DNA from: Botryllus schlosseri
Lineage: Eukaryota
NCBI GenBank assembly: GCA_051294905.1
Contig: CM119371.1
Span: forward strand, 14,138,001-14,202,000
DNA length: 64,000 nucleotides
Direction of reading: 5' to 3'
The translations under genes and the position numbers were made by a program. The notes beneath the pieces are model-generated. The model was given only the letters and a program-made list of their open reading frames with translations, did no database searches and was not told where the DNA came from. This document shows positions 61,319-64,000 of the stretch, piece by piece. How positions within the stretch are numbered: the stretch's first letter is position 1; the number at the start of each line of letters is the position of its first letter.

Positions 61319-64000
61319 TAGGCAGCGACGTGTGGTGAGGTTCATGATCGGGAAGACACATTTTCATTCTTAACATAAAATAAAAAAGGCTACGTGATTG
61401 AGCTGACGATTTGATTCTTGTAACATTACCACTACTCACGTTCAGGTTACTTAGTAATGTAGTATGCTTAAACTACCCAGTCAACAAAATGGGAAGCGAT
61501 CGCCCGGCGTATCATGCGCATTCATACAATTTTCGCACTACAGTTGCAGACCCATTAACCCTTTATTGCCGTTCATTAACCCTCTCGCTACTGCAGCTTA
61601 CAACCGCTAGTGACCCTATCGCTATACCTGAATCATTGTTGCGTTCTGGCAGATATATTAACGTTATGATGCAAGCAATCTTCCCTCTAAGCTGCGCACG
61701 TGTGCAAATGCGCAGTGCTGACACGGTCTCTGCGCTCAAAAAATCCGAAGTGATGACCTTTTTTTAGTCGTTACGCACTGTCGTCCAAGGGTCTGCGCAC
61801 GATCATACATTCACCCTATCCGTTTTTGGAGGATTCATCAGTATTTCCAGTCTCTAAGCTTGAATATTTACTTAGAAATTCCTTTGATATCCGTTATCCG
61901 TAACGATCTTAAAAGATAGCCTCTGTAGAGGTCATTTCAGCGATGTGTTGCACTAATTGCAAAATAAATAAATCAAGTCCGGTATAACAACATGCCTCGA
62001 TCCAGGCATTTTCATATTCTTATACTAATGTGTCAGTCTGAAATATGGAAGTTGGTAGATCATCAAACTCATAATTTAGACGAACAGGAGGCTTACTTAG
62101 GTTGTTACGAGGCACCCCATACAATAAACATATTACATTGCAGCTCATGCTATCGCTCGGCGGAGAAATCACGCAATCAGGGGAGATAAGTAGGCCTATA
62201 ATGCATAAAGTTTGTGAAATAATAATCGAGCGGGAAATGACTAGGCTCTGGCAAGCGGTGGTGCATTTTTGTAAGTATCAAAGGGCTGTCGATACATTGT
62301 GGAGGACCTGATACGGCATAATATCTATATACTGCGATCGTTTTTACCAGATTTAAAACACATTTGATTGACTTGAACACCAGATGATGTGAATGCCTGA
62401 AAAGTTCTGGTTCGTGTGAACACAAACTTAAACTAATACATAGCTTTGCATATTAGCTGCCTACACGCACATAACTGCTACACTTCTATTGTTTTTATCC
62501 ACATTTGAATTATACAGGATGTGATTATTTTAAATGATTCATACATATTGAAGTATTCGTGGCTTGTCTACGTTACGAAAACGTTATGTACGAAACAAGG
62601 AAGGATCGGGCTCCGGAAGGATATTTCGAAATGAATACAGCCATGCTAATTGCACAGTGAGGATTTCGAGTAGCGATATAATAAAACAATTTACCCAGCC
62701 ATCACGATTGATATGTGTTCCTACGATTCATGGTTACATGGAAACCATTTAACCCTTACTGTGGCCTATGATTTTCGAAGTCAATTTGTAGTACTGTTGG
62801 AGTCGGTGGTAAAGTGTACCGACTCAGCAGCCGTGATCAAAACGGCTTAATCCAAAATCTGGATAATTTCCATTGAGCTTGCCAACGCTCCCTCACTACA
62901 TTCATATCTGTTCGTTTGTGAACGTGAACCTCTAAGTTTCGGAGGCTCACGCACAGAACGCGAACGTGAACCCAGTGGTGTAGGAGTATATGGTGCCGCT
63001 CGTGGCTATCGTTGAAAATGCTGCCCAAATTTTTAAATAGTTTCAATCTTTTCAATTATATTTACTGGAAATATTGTTGTGCTCACTAAATAAGGTCATC
63101 ACCCCACATTTCGCTGCCCCGAGCAGCCTGCCGCCTTGGCGCAGAGCCATAAGTGCCAAGTGGTTGATACGCCACTGCGTGAATGATCACACAATCGCTA
63201 GTAAGTTCCTCGTTGTCGCTTTAAATAGGTAGGCTAGAGACACATCCTCATTCTATGCAAAGAATGCGGCACCGAAGAAACCGCAGAGCACTATCTGCTT
63301 TCTTTTCACGGCAATCGTGATAATAAGTTCTTACGATAGTGATATTAACTTTACATTCAAGGACTTATGGTCAATGATGACGAGATTACCGGAACTTCAT
63401 TTCAGTCTACTGAAAGCTTCAAATTATAAAACTCTACCAATTTTCGTTTGCGCATAGCGAACGCGAACCGAATGTTCGCACCATCCTTGGATATATGGAA
63501 CTCTATGGAACTCTATGGAACTCCTTACCAATGGCATATCACAACCAATGATTTATTTTACAGAGAATAGAATAACGCTACTATAGTATGTGTAGTTTTC
63601 AGCGATGATTGCACTTCACGTTCTTGCAGCATTGGCATCTATGTTTGGTAGGTGAACTTGAAGATTTCATACTACCACAAAATAAAGTGTTATAACAGCG
63701 TTTGTATAGTTCTAGGTTTCTTAAACTCTTTTTACCGCGGACCACACATTTTAGGTCTGGTTTCCGTGAACCCTCCTATCTGTCACCTATTCCGAGAAAA
63801 TGTTTCTGATTGTGCATCACTAAGCGTTCGAGGTTCCAAGATGAGACTTCGTTCGCATTTTCAATAGGGCCTACCGACCAACTGCTGTTCATATGGTGCC
63901 CTTCTCCACTTCGACATTAAAAACCCTCATATGGATATTTGCTATTGCCATCGCCAACAAGGGCGACTCATCTGGCCCTTACGAGCGAGCTGGCGCACGC

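Larger units (their letters stand above)
57031..64000 (+). repeat. Mosaic segmental duplication of six blocks from 7.2-33.1 kb
   Basis: Direct-orientation matches of non-TE flanks with reciprocal empty insertion sites; details under findings. Confidence 0.9.

Noticed and set aside
57031..64000. Simple assembly duplication
   Set aside because: The copies differ by many substitutions, by reciprocal TE insertions and in block order. A mis-joined divergent haplotype cannot be fully excluded without reads.

Overview
Eukaryotic, AT-rich, transposon-dense DNA that looks like an invertebrate animal genome; the species cannot be read from the sequence. One intact protein-coding gene is supported: a metabotropic-glutamate-receptor-like class C GPCR on the + strand (about 34.2-54.2 kb). 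I assembled 20 coding exons by hand with GT-AG boundaries and consistent phases, giving 837 aa; the signal-peptide exon was not found. Its ligand pocket keeps the alpha-amino-acid residues but has lost both basic residues that bind glutamate's distal carboxylate. A young Penelope-like retroelement (RT + GIY-YIG, 12-bp TSD) sits in the TM6-TM7 intron and carries a minimal hammerhead ribozyme with an apparent 7-bp pseudoknot, in the same sense as the host pre-mRNA. The rest is mostly hAT, Harbinger and TA-TSD MITEs nested up to five deep, two tRNA-SINE families, LINE remnants and a frameshifted kelch fragment. One hAT remnant appears to carry a decayed ionotropic-glutamate-receptor-like fragment. 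The last 7 kb is a mosaic duplicate of the region upstream of the receptor gene, with two junctions falling on MITE ends. All calls come from manual reading; no searches were run.
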